From Kudoa neothunni (Eukaryota; Animalia; Cnidaria), in contig OZ199839.1 of the NCBI GenBank assembly GCA_964304625.1, positions 11,066,847-11,130,846 on the forward strand: a stretch of 64,000 nt of DNA. The letters are read 5' to 3'. The notes under the pieces are model-generated. The model was not told the origin of the DNA, searched no databases, and worked only from the letters and a program-made list of their open reading frames with translations. Positions 39,549 through 53,157 of this stretch are shown piece by piece. The position numbers were made by a program, and so were the translations under genes. Within the stretch, counting starts at the first letter, position 1, and each line of letters starts with the position of its first letter.

Positions 39549-42500
39549 GTTTTTAATTCTTAAGTATTTATTTGTTTATCTATCTATATTCAGCAGGATT
39601 ATAAAATGTTCGGCAGTTACCTTGTGTGTGTCATTTGATCTTTGTGTTTCTATCAGCGCTTGCATTCCAAAACATAACATTAATAATTAAAAAGCAATAA
39701 AATTTTTGTTCAATAAACATGCAGAGAAGTAGATTAGTTAATTATTGTGTGAATATTCCATTGGTTTTGTAATCAATACGTACATTCATATATATCAACT
39801 ACAATCGATGACTACTAATTCGCAATCCCCCTTGGGGACGGGGGAAAAATATGAATTACACATCAGTGACGTCTAATTCTTAGTAGTTTTCGTGCGTGTG
39901 ATTGATAAAAATACAATGAAAAATTGACTTTTATTGTTTCATCGATTTAAAAATATTCATAATTTAGATCAAAACTAAAAAAATAATAAAGCACTCTTTT
40001 GACGAACCAAAATATATTGTTATATGGAAATAATATTATTAAGAACTTTTGGGTTTCATCTGATGTATGTAAAACAATTTATTCGAAACAAAAATAACCA
40101 TGTTTTGGAATTACTTAAGAGGCGTTAATTGATAGAACAGCGCTGTCTCATCGATGCTATATATTTTATCCTCCTTATAATTTTCAAGAATTTAAAGAAG
40201 TTGAGTGTTCTAATCTGTAATGATTCCTATGGGTACCGTGTTAGATTCAACATGGAAACTGTTTTTTTAAGTTGAACCTATTTTTAAAGTCACGAAATTA
40301 TCCATAACTAACATTTTTTAAATCATTTTCAGAAGAATCGATGTTATATCTTTTGTTAATTATTTCGTTGGGCGATAATTCGATATTTTTGATCCCATCC
40401 AAACGAACCACTCACACACGTTGATCAGCGTCGTCATATTTTCTTTTCCACATTGATCTTTGTTTAACTAGAAGCAATTTTCTTTCAAATGTCTGTTTAT
40501 TTTGAACTTATTTTCTAAAATGCCATTTAAAGTTGAAATATAACCTATGTTGAAGTGTTTAATAATTTCCGTATTTCTATTTAAGGGCGGTAAACTGTCA
40601 TAATATGTAATTATGTCGTATTTCTATTGAAGCATTATAAATTTGTGAATTCTTTTTGGGAAATTTAGAAATAATTACGATTAATCGGTTATTACACAAT
40701 TTTAAAACTTTTTATTCCACAAAATAAAAAATAACTCTTGTATTTAATTATGAACTCATAATACATGTTATTTGATAAATTTAGCCGGATGGATAAAGTT
40801 TTAAGGAAAGTTACGAATTAACGGTCACCTACTATATATATAAAACTAATAGAAATTAACAAAATATGGCGTAATTGTATTCGTTGTGTCAACAATAGGA
40901 TATATGATATATAAAAATCATAATTAGTATTGTTTATCAAAGTTTATTGAGTTTAGCATCAATATTTCCTTGATTTATTTTTTGTTTCAAGTTAATTTCT
41001 AAATTTTGACAAGACCGACGATCCATATTTTAGGTTATATGCAACTTTTAAGAAAATTTTAAAGTTTAATTTAAAAATGATGTATACATTTCGTTAAATT
41101 AGTGTGTCCCAACCTTTTTATTTCACGGACTCTCCACTAGTTAATTTAATTGAATTTGAACCCTTAAGTATAGTCAACATATATTTATATTCATGATACC
41201 GTTCCATAATTGTTTTTTAAAGTTAGGTATATACGAAAGAATAATTTTTGTTGACGAAATTTTTATAGTATAATCCTTTTCACGGACCTCTATAAATAAT
41301 TACGCCAGCCCTTGATTGGGATGGATTTTATCGAATTCCCAGTTATTCAATAACTCACTATTAGGGGTTACAAAATGTGATTATCGTATCGAATAGTCTT
41401 GATACTCTAAAATATCAAAAGTTACTCAAGATTTCAATACGGTGTTGATCATTTTAATTTTTTAGGGAATAAGCTAAAACAATGTATATCTACTTCTATT
41501 ATATATGAAACTTAGCGCGACCTTCCCGGCTTCGTTAGAGATCGGTAAGATTTTTCATTGAAACTTAGGTTAAATCCTACAAGCAGTACGTAAATCCTGT
41601 CAATTAACCCGTAGAAGTGTATATGTAGAGATTACACACGCTATTGGGTAACAACCTTGAAATATAATAGTTACTTGTAAAAAAATAATAAAAAAGACTG
41701 AAAAATTTGACTATATGTAAAAAATAAAGTGAACATGTATATATAGATCATGGTATATCACAAAAATACCATTTATATTTGATGTAATTAGCACCCTTAA
41801 AAACATATTAACTGCAAAAAATAATGCTAATATAATTTTTTAAAAAGTAATTAATGAATTAAAGTCTGATAGTTGACCACATCGTCATTATTTAAATTAA
41901 ATGGTAAAATTAATATCATAAATTAGTAATAACTTTGTTCTTAATATAAATAAGTTGATACAAAAAATATATAAACTAAAACAAATATTAATTTATGATA
42001 TTATTTCTTTAAAAAGTACATTGTTGTTATACAAAATAAATGGTAGAACGGATCATTTATAATAAAACATGTCAAACTAATTAAAATGATTGAATCGAAT
42101 AATTTCTGAACGAAACATTATTGAAAATGTTTTTAAGACGTATTAATTACGTGAAAAGTAATTTGTGGACAATAAAATGGGGTTTTATTTGTTTCTGGAA
42201 ATGTAACGAAGATTTCACGTGTGCGGACAATTTTGTACTCGGGATTTCGTAATAAAAATAAAAATCATTATAATTAACTGAGTTATTTCTATTGGTGTTC
42301 TTTTATTTTATTATTGGCAAAAAATAAAAAAAAGAGAATAAAAACGATGTTTTTTAGACCGCTTCCTACCCTATTATCCGACCTATAACTGGTTTTCCCC
42401 AATCTTAATAAGTATTTGATAGTCTAATTTTTTCTTAATATTAAAAATGAGAATATCTTCTTCAAGAATTGATAAAAATATTTAATAACGAAATACAAAT

Positions 42501-43660
42501 ACAACTAACAAAATCCCAGGTTTTTTTTTCGACCTTGTGAGCTTAATACATATAATCTTCGATATGGTAATAAAAAAAATCTCGAGATTTGAGGAAAATA
42601 TCTCAATATTAGAAATTTCCGATTGAGCTTCGACTCAGTCATAGATAAAAGTCACGCCACACGACCATCACCAATTTGTTTCTGCTTTTAACCCTTCGAA
42701 CCCCAATGTTGCCACTTGGTAACATTTTAATTTTGTGAGTGTTTTGACTGGTTAATTACATTTTTAAATCTATCCTTATTATAATAATATAGTTAATGTT
42801 TATTTGATTTTATAAAAATTTGTTTGTTTAATATCAAGAGCAATAGATACGAATATCAAACTCTAAGACATATATAAAAAGGGTAAAAGTTTCCTGCAAA
42901 TAAACTTAGAATTTTGACATTTCAATAAAATTCAAAAATATACACATACACTATTAAATCAGTTTATACCAAAAATTAATCTAAAAAGAAAATATATTTT
43001 GATATGTAAACTATAAGGACAGATTAATCCACTTTACCGTTTGGAAACATTGGGGTCACTGGGTATAGCGAGCGTTGTCACACGGCAACGTTCGGCTCTA
43101 GATTAAAGTGTGTTTGTATTCTTTTGAATAGATTCTGACCAGATTGGGGAGAAGGAGTAAATAGGGCAGACTTTTATAAAATCATATTATTACCAGTTGG
43201 CTGGAATCGGATTCCATTTCGTATAGTCAATATGATGATATTGTATCCGAATACAGTTCTAGTGATGAGGATGACTACAGTTTAAATAAGACAATGAATG
43301 CGAAAAAATTTGATAAACAGTTGATATTGAAACAACTGATATTTTTAATAAAGTTGAAGATATTATATTTGAGCGTTTCACCTATTTCAACCGATTCTTC
43401 AATGATAGATTATTTGAAAATATTTGCATTAATCGTAATGTTTATCTGTGCCTCAATAAAAACAGAAACTGGTTATTGGACTGTTGGAATTATAATAAAT
43501 AATTTAATATTTTATTTTTGATGGTGGAGGAGTAATTTCTTGGTTAAAAACAAAGTAACATAAAAACAAGCACACGCGCATATTGAAATAAGTAGTGTCC
43601 CACTGTTCCCATTTGGCATCATGTGTGTATCTTTTTATTTTTTGAAATGAGTGATTCAAT
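39549..43660 (+). repeat. Segmental duplication, copy of window start 1-~4150
   Basis: Direct line-by-line match. Lacks a ~70-nt segment that lies between cacacga repeats in the first copy (3099-3172). Confidence 0.92.
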
Positions 43661-43753
43661 TGTTGGATATTTTAAATCAAGTTATTTAAAATTAAACATA
43701 ATGAGCAGAAAAAAATTTTTCAGCCGCTGAATTAAATTCGGGGTTCAAGGGGG
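42692..43753. mobile_element. piggyBac-derived non-autonomous element (related, chimeric copy at ~3200-4245)
   Basis: TTAA-CCCTTCGAACCCC ... GGGGTTCAAGGGG-TCAA ends; repeated subterminal aatgttgccatttggcaac-type palindrome. Confidence 0.6.
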
Positions 43754-43999
43754 TCAACTTAGTAATGCCGAAGAAGCGTGTGTGTCTGAATTCTTGCATA
43801 TAGTATGGAATCGACTTTATCTTAACGAATCGAGCGAAAAACCTTAATAAGTAATATATTCAGAACTCTTTTGAAATGGCTAAATGAAGCCTTCAACTCT
43901 CAAATAATGCCTATAATCCGTATATTCTAATCATACGGAAGAAAAACCGGTTAAACTGGAGGTGAAAAGAGTTAGATTTAGATTTTAAGGGACATTGTT

Positions 44000-44280
44000 A
44001 AAACTTGAGTTCACATCAGAGAAGAAATCGATGCTTGCAACTTTACATCACCTAGCATAACATATTATAAAGACAAAGAAACCTCACGACAATGTTGAGA
44101 AACTAATTAAACCTTGCGCCTTAGGCATGATTGGGCTAGCTAATATGTTGTAGAGAAGCATAACAGGAAATTTAAGCTATTCCGTTCTTTAAGCGCCCCA
44201 TTCAACGACGCATTTGTGAAATGGGGCCAAATTATTTGTGATCAAGTCATCGAAAATCTAAATCAATCAGAAATTTTTAA
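44000..44280 (+). mobile_element. hAT Buster/ZBED5-like transposase fragment
   Basis: Translates IIKTKKPHDNVEKLIKPCA and IQRRICEMG, matching the Buster-type KKPHTIGEELIKPC / RRI.EM motifs. Confidence 0.6.
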
Positions 44281-44825
44281 TGAAAACAAAATTCAGATAA
44301 TTTTAATATTTTGAGGGGGAGAATAGCTTTACATAATGGTGAAATCAATAATTTAATATCCCAATTATTCTAAGGGATATTTTTACTCCAAAGATAACCA
44401 CTACCAAATTAATAATAAACGTCGTTTGATTTTTTGAATATACAGCAAATATCCTTTAGAAAATGAGATAAAAATCTGCCGTCCAAATGGACCTAGTTTA
44501 CTCGGAAGGAATTCGATTTAGGCATAGTCATTGGGTCAATGTGTATAGATTGCAAGCATAATTAACTGGTTATATTAAGTCTCATCAGTTTGTTTTTTTC
44601 ACCATTGATATTTTTTTACTACGATACTTCACAATAAATACGATAATTAATATTTCTTAAAATAATAATATTTTACGATAGAGAATTTTTTTAAACATTT
44701 GTCAATATACTTAATAGAGAAGAGTTTATATAAAATATAGTTTTTCTTCATAATATCTGTATTAATATATACAATGTGTACTTAACTTCATTCATTGACA
44801 TTTATCGGAAGCTGGCGATTATATT

Positions 44826-46775
44826 ATGGACCCTTTGATTCCGATAATTCTCATTTCAGGTAAATTTTTATCATAAGAAAAAAAATCACGATCTATTTTT
44901 AAGCTATATTCAATCCGTTGAATTCAATAAGAAATTTTGATGTTTCCTTTGAAAATAATGAAAACATTGAGTTGGATGGTCACAATGATAATAGTAAGAT
45001 GTATGCAATAAAATGCACTCATAATCCTAACAGACCATTTAATCAATACAACAAAGAAAACTTCAACTTTGATACTCAGGAATATCAGTATTGCAACACG
45101 AACAATTTACAACAGGAAGCCCGCAACAAGATGGACCATACCCGTTTGAGCTATCAGCGACCTCATGAACAATTTCCTGAAATGGAGGCTGCGTTCATTT
45201 TTTTAAAAAACTCCGCATTTATTACCGAACATATTGTCACTCTCAGTAATATTCTGAATAACTACTATGGCAATCTCGATCAATTGATTATCGATGCATC
45301 AAAAGCGGAAACACAACTTCCTGAATTAATCAATGCTAATATAGCTTTACTTAATAAAATTAGATTCTGTTGAAATAGTAGAAAACGAAGTGGCCAAGTA
45401 TAAACGCGATGTTCATGACTTATTTTCTTCCATTGAAATCTCTTTGAAAGTATGCACTGAGGCAATTCGTCAAAACGATTATGACAACTATGTGAATATT
45501 GTAAGCAGTTATAAAATAGCAGAACGTTTGAGCCAGTACAAGGAAACGATTAAACAGAAGGTCAAATTAATCAATGGAATCTGTGAAGCAGCTAGAAACC
45601 CACCAAGGAGGGGAACTGCTTTGAACAATGTGATAAGCAACTATGAAGGCTTGGTACGTTCTTTGGGAACAATTGTTCCATATTTGTCCAATCAAATATA
45701 TGGTTTAAATGAAGTGGTTGCAAAAATATCAAGCATGGATTGAAAAAATAAACAAACATACACCAAATCAACTATCAAACGATCTTAAACAATTGATCGT
45801 AATATTAAAAAGTAATGACCAACGGCTTAGAACTTTTGAAATAGAAATTAAAAAAGTGGAAACTTTTATTGAAGAAGTAACTGGTTTATATTGATAAGCT
45901 TTCTTCTCGAGGCCAAGAAATATTAAATGTAACCATTTCGCATATAAGACGTTATTTCCAACAATATAAGGATAGAAAAAAGATAATGTCAGACTTGGAA
46001 TTATCGGCAGAATCACTACTAAGCGACAGAATTCCTCAATTATCGCCGATGCATCCCCCAGTATTAAATAAAGCTAACCTAAACCTCAATAATACAATTC
46101 TAACGAGAGATGTCTATAACGGTATTAAGAAAAATACAACAAAAAATATTAAATGAAAGAAATAATTACCTTGTAAGAAGAAGACTAACAAAATACGCTA
46201 CAAACCCGTGGGACTATTCATTGACAAATGATGAGACAAGCATTGTTGAATACTTACGCAGGATTGACGAAGTGAACAATGATATAAAATCAATGACTAG
46301 CAAGAACTACGACAATACCCACGTATTACAGAATTATTTAAAGGGCATTCATAATCAAGTTGCTTACTTGAAGGATCATTTTGATCACCAAAAATCCATA
46401 CAAATACAAATATCTGAACCTCATCAAAATATCTATTATTATCATTCTGAAAATTTTGAAAAAGACCAACAGATTTTAAACCATAATGTTGACTCTGCAA
46501 CAGAAATAAAACCAGCCAATGGATCAGAAGACACATCATCAACAAATACAAACCGACGTCATAAAACTACATCAAAAAAGTCCAGTCCACCCCAAGAAAC
46601 TACGGCACATCCAAATATTAATGAAAACAGCCGCATGACCAAAAGCAATATGGTTCTTGTGTCTAGTTTGGTGGCTGTGGTTACATTATTAATTTTGATT
46701 GTTGCTGCTATTTTTACTTTGAAAAAACAACACCAATTCCAATGGAAGAAGCCAAAAATAAGCGTAGAAATATAA
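44826..46775 (+). pseudogene. Divergent member of the same surface-protein family, frameshifted and with stops; exon1 44826-44859, 44-nt intron 44860-44903
   Basis: Spliced start MDPLIPIILISAIFNPLNS with the same phase-1 intron in the signal peptide. IKCTHNPNRPFNQYNKENFNFDTQEYQYC aligns to IKCILNRNLPFKQFDAEKYNYTNEASQVC; DLFSSIEISLKVC to EIFDSVVRSKQIC; TSIVEYL to TSITEYV. Stalk and TM at the end. Frame changes near 45360, 45740 and 45900-46100. Confidence 0.8.
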
Positions 46776-47619
46776 TTAATAGTTTATTAGATCAATTAAA
46801 AGCTTCTATTCATTTTATTTTTGTGTATTTATCAGCGTTTGCGCAACAAGATTTTATATTCGATATTCTATTTGTTAGTAATATTAGATATTATAATATT
46901 GTATTGAACTCATATCCTCTCATAATCATTTTTACAGACTTCAACACTCAATAAAGTAAAGCAACATTTATATATTTTAAAATATGAGAATGGGAACTAT
47001 GATTTTGATGCGTTATCACATTTTCTCCATTGCGATCACCTATTATTAATTCTTTTTCAATAATATTTTCATATTTAATACAAGAATTATATGTTAAATT
47101 GTAACGAATAATTAACATTATTAAAAGAAAAAGTTATTGGATGATAATAATACTTAGGTAACAATAATTTTGATTATATTTAATAAATTTTGGTCAACTA
47201 CTTTGCTCGTAGGGCCAAAAATAATCAAAAATAATAGTTTCTAACAAATAAATCTGTATACAGCTTGTGAGAAAAAGTTGCCGAGATTAAAAATTGTTTC
47301 AGCGCATGCGCATGCGTGTTTTAAAATTAAAATTTACTATCTATATAACCTCTGTCTTATTTTTAATTAAAAATTTAATCTATAACGAACAAATTTACTT
47401 TTAAATTTCTACATCAAAATTAAATTGGAATGTTTATTTACAGACGTTTAAAACGCTTCCTCTTTGAAATTGCGCACCAATTAGTCCAAGAATCCGATTT
47501 TTAATAATTTAAAATTATAAATAAACTGAAACTGGTTAATTTTATTATTATATATTATGTGACTGTGGAACAGTAAATAAAACAAAAGAACCGATAAAAT
47601 ATTGAGCATTAATGAAGCG

Positions 47620-48400
47620 TCTGTTTTTAGGATCATAAAGAAAACTTGTGCTAAAAATGGTAACAAAAACACTCAAAACTGATGAAAACCCACAAAAAAT
47701 TGATTGATGAAAAAGTAATGAAAATCTTATAGTTACAATTAAAATAATTTTTGAAGCCTTGTTCGAATATTTTTGAATTAAAATATCCTGACAAATTATA
47801 TCAAATGTTCTTCAGCATTTATGTTACTCCTTAAAAAATTTGCATATTTCAACAATCATCGAACAAAAAAATATTTCATCACTGTAAAATTTGATTAATT
47901 TCTAGATATGATATGGAATTTTCGGGTATTGAATTTATACACGATAAGATAATAATTATTGATGAATGTGGTTTCTTGCTCGATACGAGACGCACCCAGG
48001 GTCGCTTATTACTTGGCTGTCAAGCTGTTATTAGAGTGAAAACAATCAGAGCCAAACAAATATTTCTTTAATTTTGGCTGGAAGTTTTTAATAAATTAAG
48101 AACTTAGAAATTATATAAGGAACAGTGAATGATATAAAATTAGAGGAATACAAGTTGAAGTTAATGACATCTTTGTTTGAGAGAGTTAAGAAGTTTTTCT
48201 TATTTGGATAATATCTCAACTCATATGAATAAATATTTTTTTAACATAATTGAAAGAAAACGACCATACACTTTTTCCTTAAACATTATTTCTCTTATTT
48301 TCGTCGCATTGAAATAGCTATTAATCAAAGGAAATCAAATGTAAGAAATAGGCTTCATTAAACTGAAAAGAACTATATGATGCCACGATGAAATCTCATC
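47620..48400 (+). mobile_element. Heavily decayed Tc1/IS630-type DDE transposase
   Basis: IIIDECGF..TRRTQG motif at ~47955-48002, followed by degenerate DN..H and P.LN.IE-like regions. Confidence 0.5.
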
Positions 48401-48415
48401 CTTTATCTTCTACAT

Positions 48416-49442
48416 CAGGGGTGGCCACACTTACCCAGATCGGGAGAAAACTTTATGGTTGACCAGATTTTCAAGAGCCACAAGGCATTAAAATCATTTA
48501 TGTACCTTTTCCTTATTTAAAACTTACATTATTAGAGTATTTTTGGTAAATATTAAAATAAAATGTTGTAGAATTATAAATATAAGGTTTTTAATTTTTT
48601 CCTATTCAATGAATTGCTGAAAAACTTACATATAATTTTCATAGGTATATTTTATGATAGTTCTTCCAACAAAGTTAATTTGTATTTAGTGATCCAAGAA
48701 ACTTACTTTCTTTGAAAAAGGCCGCAAAGATAATAAAATATTTTCAATATCTAATCATGTATGATAGTCTGACAAAAAATAAAATTAAAAATTCACGAAT
48801 AAAGTACTAATAAAGGTTTGAATGCTTTCAAAATATTATTTTCGGAAGTTGTTTCTAATATTACAAGTTTTTTATGTTTCCACATTATCAATGGGCTGAC
48901 AGTAATCCGGTTAGTATGTTGTAAACGCTGTACGAATTAGTTCCGTCAGGTATTCGTTTGTGAGGGTGGGATCCGCGATGCTTCTATTTTATAAACTTTA
49001 TCGTTGAATAAATAGACTCACACCAATAAATTGTTCCAAAGATAGAAACAAGTTTGAAACAAATTTCTTTTCATTTCGAATATTTAGTTTCTAGAACGTA
49101 TTTCCGTAATTCACTTAGTGAGTTGGAATCATGTTTAAAGCTTCAATGAATGTTTTATTTCTTCCGATATCTATCACGTTGATAATGAATAAACATTAGT
49201 TCTAATTGTATTTTCCTAATGAAACTAGTAGTAATTCCATGTTGCATCAAATGTTAAAACTATATGGTAGTTTGTAACTATGTTTTCTAATCAAAAATAT
49301 TTTCTAGTTTATGATTAAAGATTTGATTTCTTCATTTAATTAAGCAGTTTAAACGTTGTACTTTTCTGAATTAACGTGCTGATTGAATTAAAAAAATTCA
49401 ATTAAAAAATATTTTTCCAAGAGCTGCATGTGGCCACCCCTG
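48416..49442. mobile_element. hAT (Charlie-like) non-autonomous element
   Basis: Perfect 14-bp TIRs CAGGGGTGGCCACA / TGTGGCCACCCCTG; TSD degenerate. Confidence 0.75.
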
Positions 49443-50370
49443 ACATATATAAAGCTATGCTGTCCGTGTGTGTGTCAGCAAGTGTGCATGTGTGACACAA
49501 TTTTTTCCTTTTAGAGAGACATTATGAGATTTTTTAAAAATCATCTCGTTTCGAAAAATCACTAAATCGTATTCATACTACCAAATGTTCCCAAAAGTGT
49601 TTAGAAAGTAGTGATTTTGTTTATTCAAACTTTGGTAAACGGATTACCTGGCTACAGCAATAGGATTAACACCTGCTTACGTCATGGTGATGGTCGGTTG
49701 AAGCAAACTTCCCTACTTATATGCTCTATAGAATGTTAATTAAACGATTTCTTCTATCTTTATGTATAAGATTGGCGTGCCTATTTAGGTGTTCGCGCAA
49801 ATACACTCTTTATTTCGGGAGTTTTAACGTATTTGACTTGATAAGTATATTTTGAAAGTTCTATAGGTTGCATTTAATATAACGAAAATATAAAAATTTG
49901 CTAAATTAACGAAGAATTGGAATCGCGTATTGTAATCAGATGGATTCAATCCCGACACACTGAAACTAGGTCCTTAAATTTCACTGTAGCGACCGTCCAA
50001 CTTAATTTTGAGCGATAAGATTTAATGTGTAGATTGAAACCTTACTTTATCTAATTATTTTTGTTCATATTAAGAGGTTATACAACCGATATCGAGGAGA
50101 ACGTGTACAAAAAAGGTGTCGGAATAAAATATTAATTTGAGCAATAAAAATTAATCATCGTAAGTTATTATCGAGTTATTCAGGTTTTTGTTACTTTCAT
50201 GATCTTAATTTTTACTATTCCTATCACAGTCGTTAAAAGTGCGATATTTAAAAAAATTATTTAATTTCTCTTCTGGGCTACTCAGGAGTCTTTATGTCTT
50301 TATTTTTTGACCGTATTCTTCTATGATGAAATTTTCCAAATCCCGTGCGAAGCTGGGCAGTTCGCGCTAG
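49443..50370 (+). mobile_element. Non-autonomous Helitron-like element
   Basis: 5' (T)ATATATAAAG..CTGTCCGTGTGTGTGTC; 3' hairpin CCCGTGCGAAGCTGGG then CTAG followed by T. Confidence 0.65.
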
Positions 50371-50895
50371 TAGGAAATAAATTTTGAACAGCTTGAATCT
50401 TATTTCAGGCATGCGAGAATAAATTTTGCACATTTGTTGAATATAACTGAAATATTAAGATAATATTATTATGCTTCGATGGGAAATTATATTTTATGTC
50501 TAGCTAATTATATCAAAATGCTCAAAATGTTGGTTAAAAATACTTAAAAAGCCCTTCTGGTTATATATCACTTAATTCCACTTTAAGAAAGAAATTTTAA
50601 TATTTAAACGTATTAAAAATGTTTTATATTATTAATATAATGAAATTTCACATTGATATTGAAATATTGTATTATTCTATTATCCTACCGCAATTAAAAA
50701 AAAGCTAGCATATTTTGATATTATATTATTAAAATAAACTTTAATATAAAAAGTATTATTTAAAATCTTATATTTCAATATTACCTATTTATCTAAACAA
50801 CACCGCTATTTATTAAATCTGAACGAAACATTAAAAATTATAATTCCCGCCAAATAATAATTGAAACAAGAAAAAAATCAATTGAAAAATTAATA

Positions 50896-53157
50896 TTAAA
50901 CATAAGTTGAATTTTTGATGGTTTTAATTTGTGTTGAGGATTGTAGTTCACTTGAAGAGTCGTTGGATGTAGGAGAGTGGCCAACTTTGAAAACCCCACT
51001 GTTATTGGATGAAACGTCCCCATTCAATGACTGGCTATTGTTCGGTTTATTAAACAGATAGGAATGCTTAGGTATATTTTTTAGTTTATTTCTTGTTTGG
51101 TCAATTGCACAGTCCTTAAATATGAGGCAACGAATCAGAAAATGAGTGCACACTCCAGAATTAGATTATTACGTTAGACATGTTCAAAATTGAGTTATTT
51201 TTGGGGATATTCACACTAGGAGGCGGATATTTAGCAAATGTGCACGGTAGCAGCTTATCCAGAGATGAGTTAAAATGTTGGGAATCGTCTATGTTGTCAT
51301 TTTTTTCATACAGCATTTGTTCAATCTCCTGATTGGTTCTATTTTGGTTTATGTATCGCTGTTGGCTATTTTGAATAAGAATAAATTATTAAAGTGAAAA
51401 TAAGAAAGTAAAATAATGAATAATTACTTGTTTAATTGTGACGCTTGCAGCAAGTATTGCTTCCTTTTCGTAGATTTTCGACATCCACTTTTCTGACACT
51501 GAGATATACCCACCACTATGAGAACAAAAATTGCCACTGTACATACAATAATAATGGCCATTATTATGTATTTATCTTGAGTAAACTCATCATTTTTCGA
51601 GGGTCCAGTGAAAAGAGTGCTAGTTGCTGCAAGTCCAGCACCTGCACTATTTATCGCTGCTACTTTAACCATGTAATATGTGTCTGAGAATAGCGAATCT
51701 TGGTAATGAAAATTATCAGGTGTATCAATAACCTCTATCAGCAAAAGGCAGTCAGAATATGGGGAGTTTTCATTTGTTTCGTTACAGATGTCAATCGAAA
51801 ACACTGACTTAACTCTTAGAGCATTGGTCACTGGAGCATTAGCAGTAGATGTACCATCTGTCATAGTAGATGGTTGGATCAATTTATAAAGTTGTAGGTT
51901 GTAATGGTCTATTATCGGAGGATTTCCTAAAGAGGTAGGCGGTTGCCATTGCATGAGTACGTGTGTGGAGTTGACTATCTCAACAGTTAGGTTAAGTGGT
52001 GCGCTGGGTGGTTCTAGGTAACATCCAAAATAGTCATTATCTACCAAAAATTATCTACCGTAAACATTTATAATGGCTGATTCAGATGCACTAGGATACA
52101 CCACAGTAGGTTTGTACAGAAAAGATGGGTCAATTTTGGTCAAACATTCTATAGTTTGATTTTGAAGATCAACCATCACCTTATTCAAATAAAACATCCC
52201 TATCGCTATACAGTTGTATAGCATGGATTCTTTGGCGTTCTCCAGCATATCACCTAATAACAACACAATTCAAAATAGGTGATTAATGTGAATTTCTTAT
52301 TTTTTTGCTCTATCTAATTCAAATGCATACGTAATATTTTTTTAACATTTTGAGCCATAGAATTGTGAGATTGGTTATTGTTTGGGTTCACATCAATAGT
52401 TATGGTCTCTACTTTTCGAGCAATAACATCGCTATTCCATTTGACCAACGAGCAGGGACTTGATGCCACATAGCATCTAATAACACTATCCTCACTATCA
52501 ATCAGGACATTTTGAGGGGACTCATAATAAAATATTATTGGTGAAACTTGTCGAAATGTAAATTAAAAAATTTGCCAACAAACCAACCTACCTATCACAA
52601 TCAGTAGAGAGATATCACTGTTGGTGACAATAATTCTTCCTCTCGCATTAGTTGCCAACACATAAGCTCGAATTCGTCGTCGATTGTCACATTCGTAGTC
52701 CATTAAAGTTATCATCAAACTACCAGCAACTACATTTAGTCTGTTCATATAACATTGCTTCAGTTCATTATTCTCAATCTAATAGTAATTTAAGTTGGTT
52801 AACACACTGTAAAAGCTAATTGAGACCAATCGAGTATAAGTAATAGTTAAGTCAGTTGCTAGATACAACATAATAAATGTTTACCTGCACAACAACGAAT
52901 TGACCATCACCAATTTTTCTGGCCACTGGGTACGCTTTATTATCGTTGGTATACATTTGAATAACAAACTCTTGAAGTGTCTCATTCGGAGAGAGCGTAT
53001 ACTCGTAATTCAATTGCAGGGGGGTATTTTGTAAGGCTTCAATTTTTGGAGGGAGATTTGTGAGAACAACACCATCCACCAAATTAAAATCAACAATCAA
53101 CCTAATGCATACCAAAAATGAGAAATATAAAACATACAATTCATTGCACACTGCCAT
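50896..53157 (-). CDS. Multi-exon Ig-superfamily / fibronectin type III single-pass membrane protein (NCAM/fasciclin-like architecture)
   Basis: Spliced reading gives a hydrophobic N-terminus, an Ig-like region (IRCYVASSPCSLVKWN ... LYNCIA), FN3 (EPPSAPLNLTV..VLMQWQPP..YYMVKVAAINSAGAG), TM (IIMAIIIVCTVAIFVLIVVGI) and a cytoplasmic tail ending STYV. GT-AG introns e.g. 52779-52884 and 52547-52591. Confidence 0.8.

Noticed and set aside
44918-46775. Alternative genetic code or programmed frameshifting to rescue the broken ORFs
   Set aside because: Intact genes end normally in TAG/TAA, and the breaks involve several frames, so ordinary decay or sequencing error is simpler.
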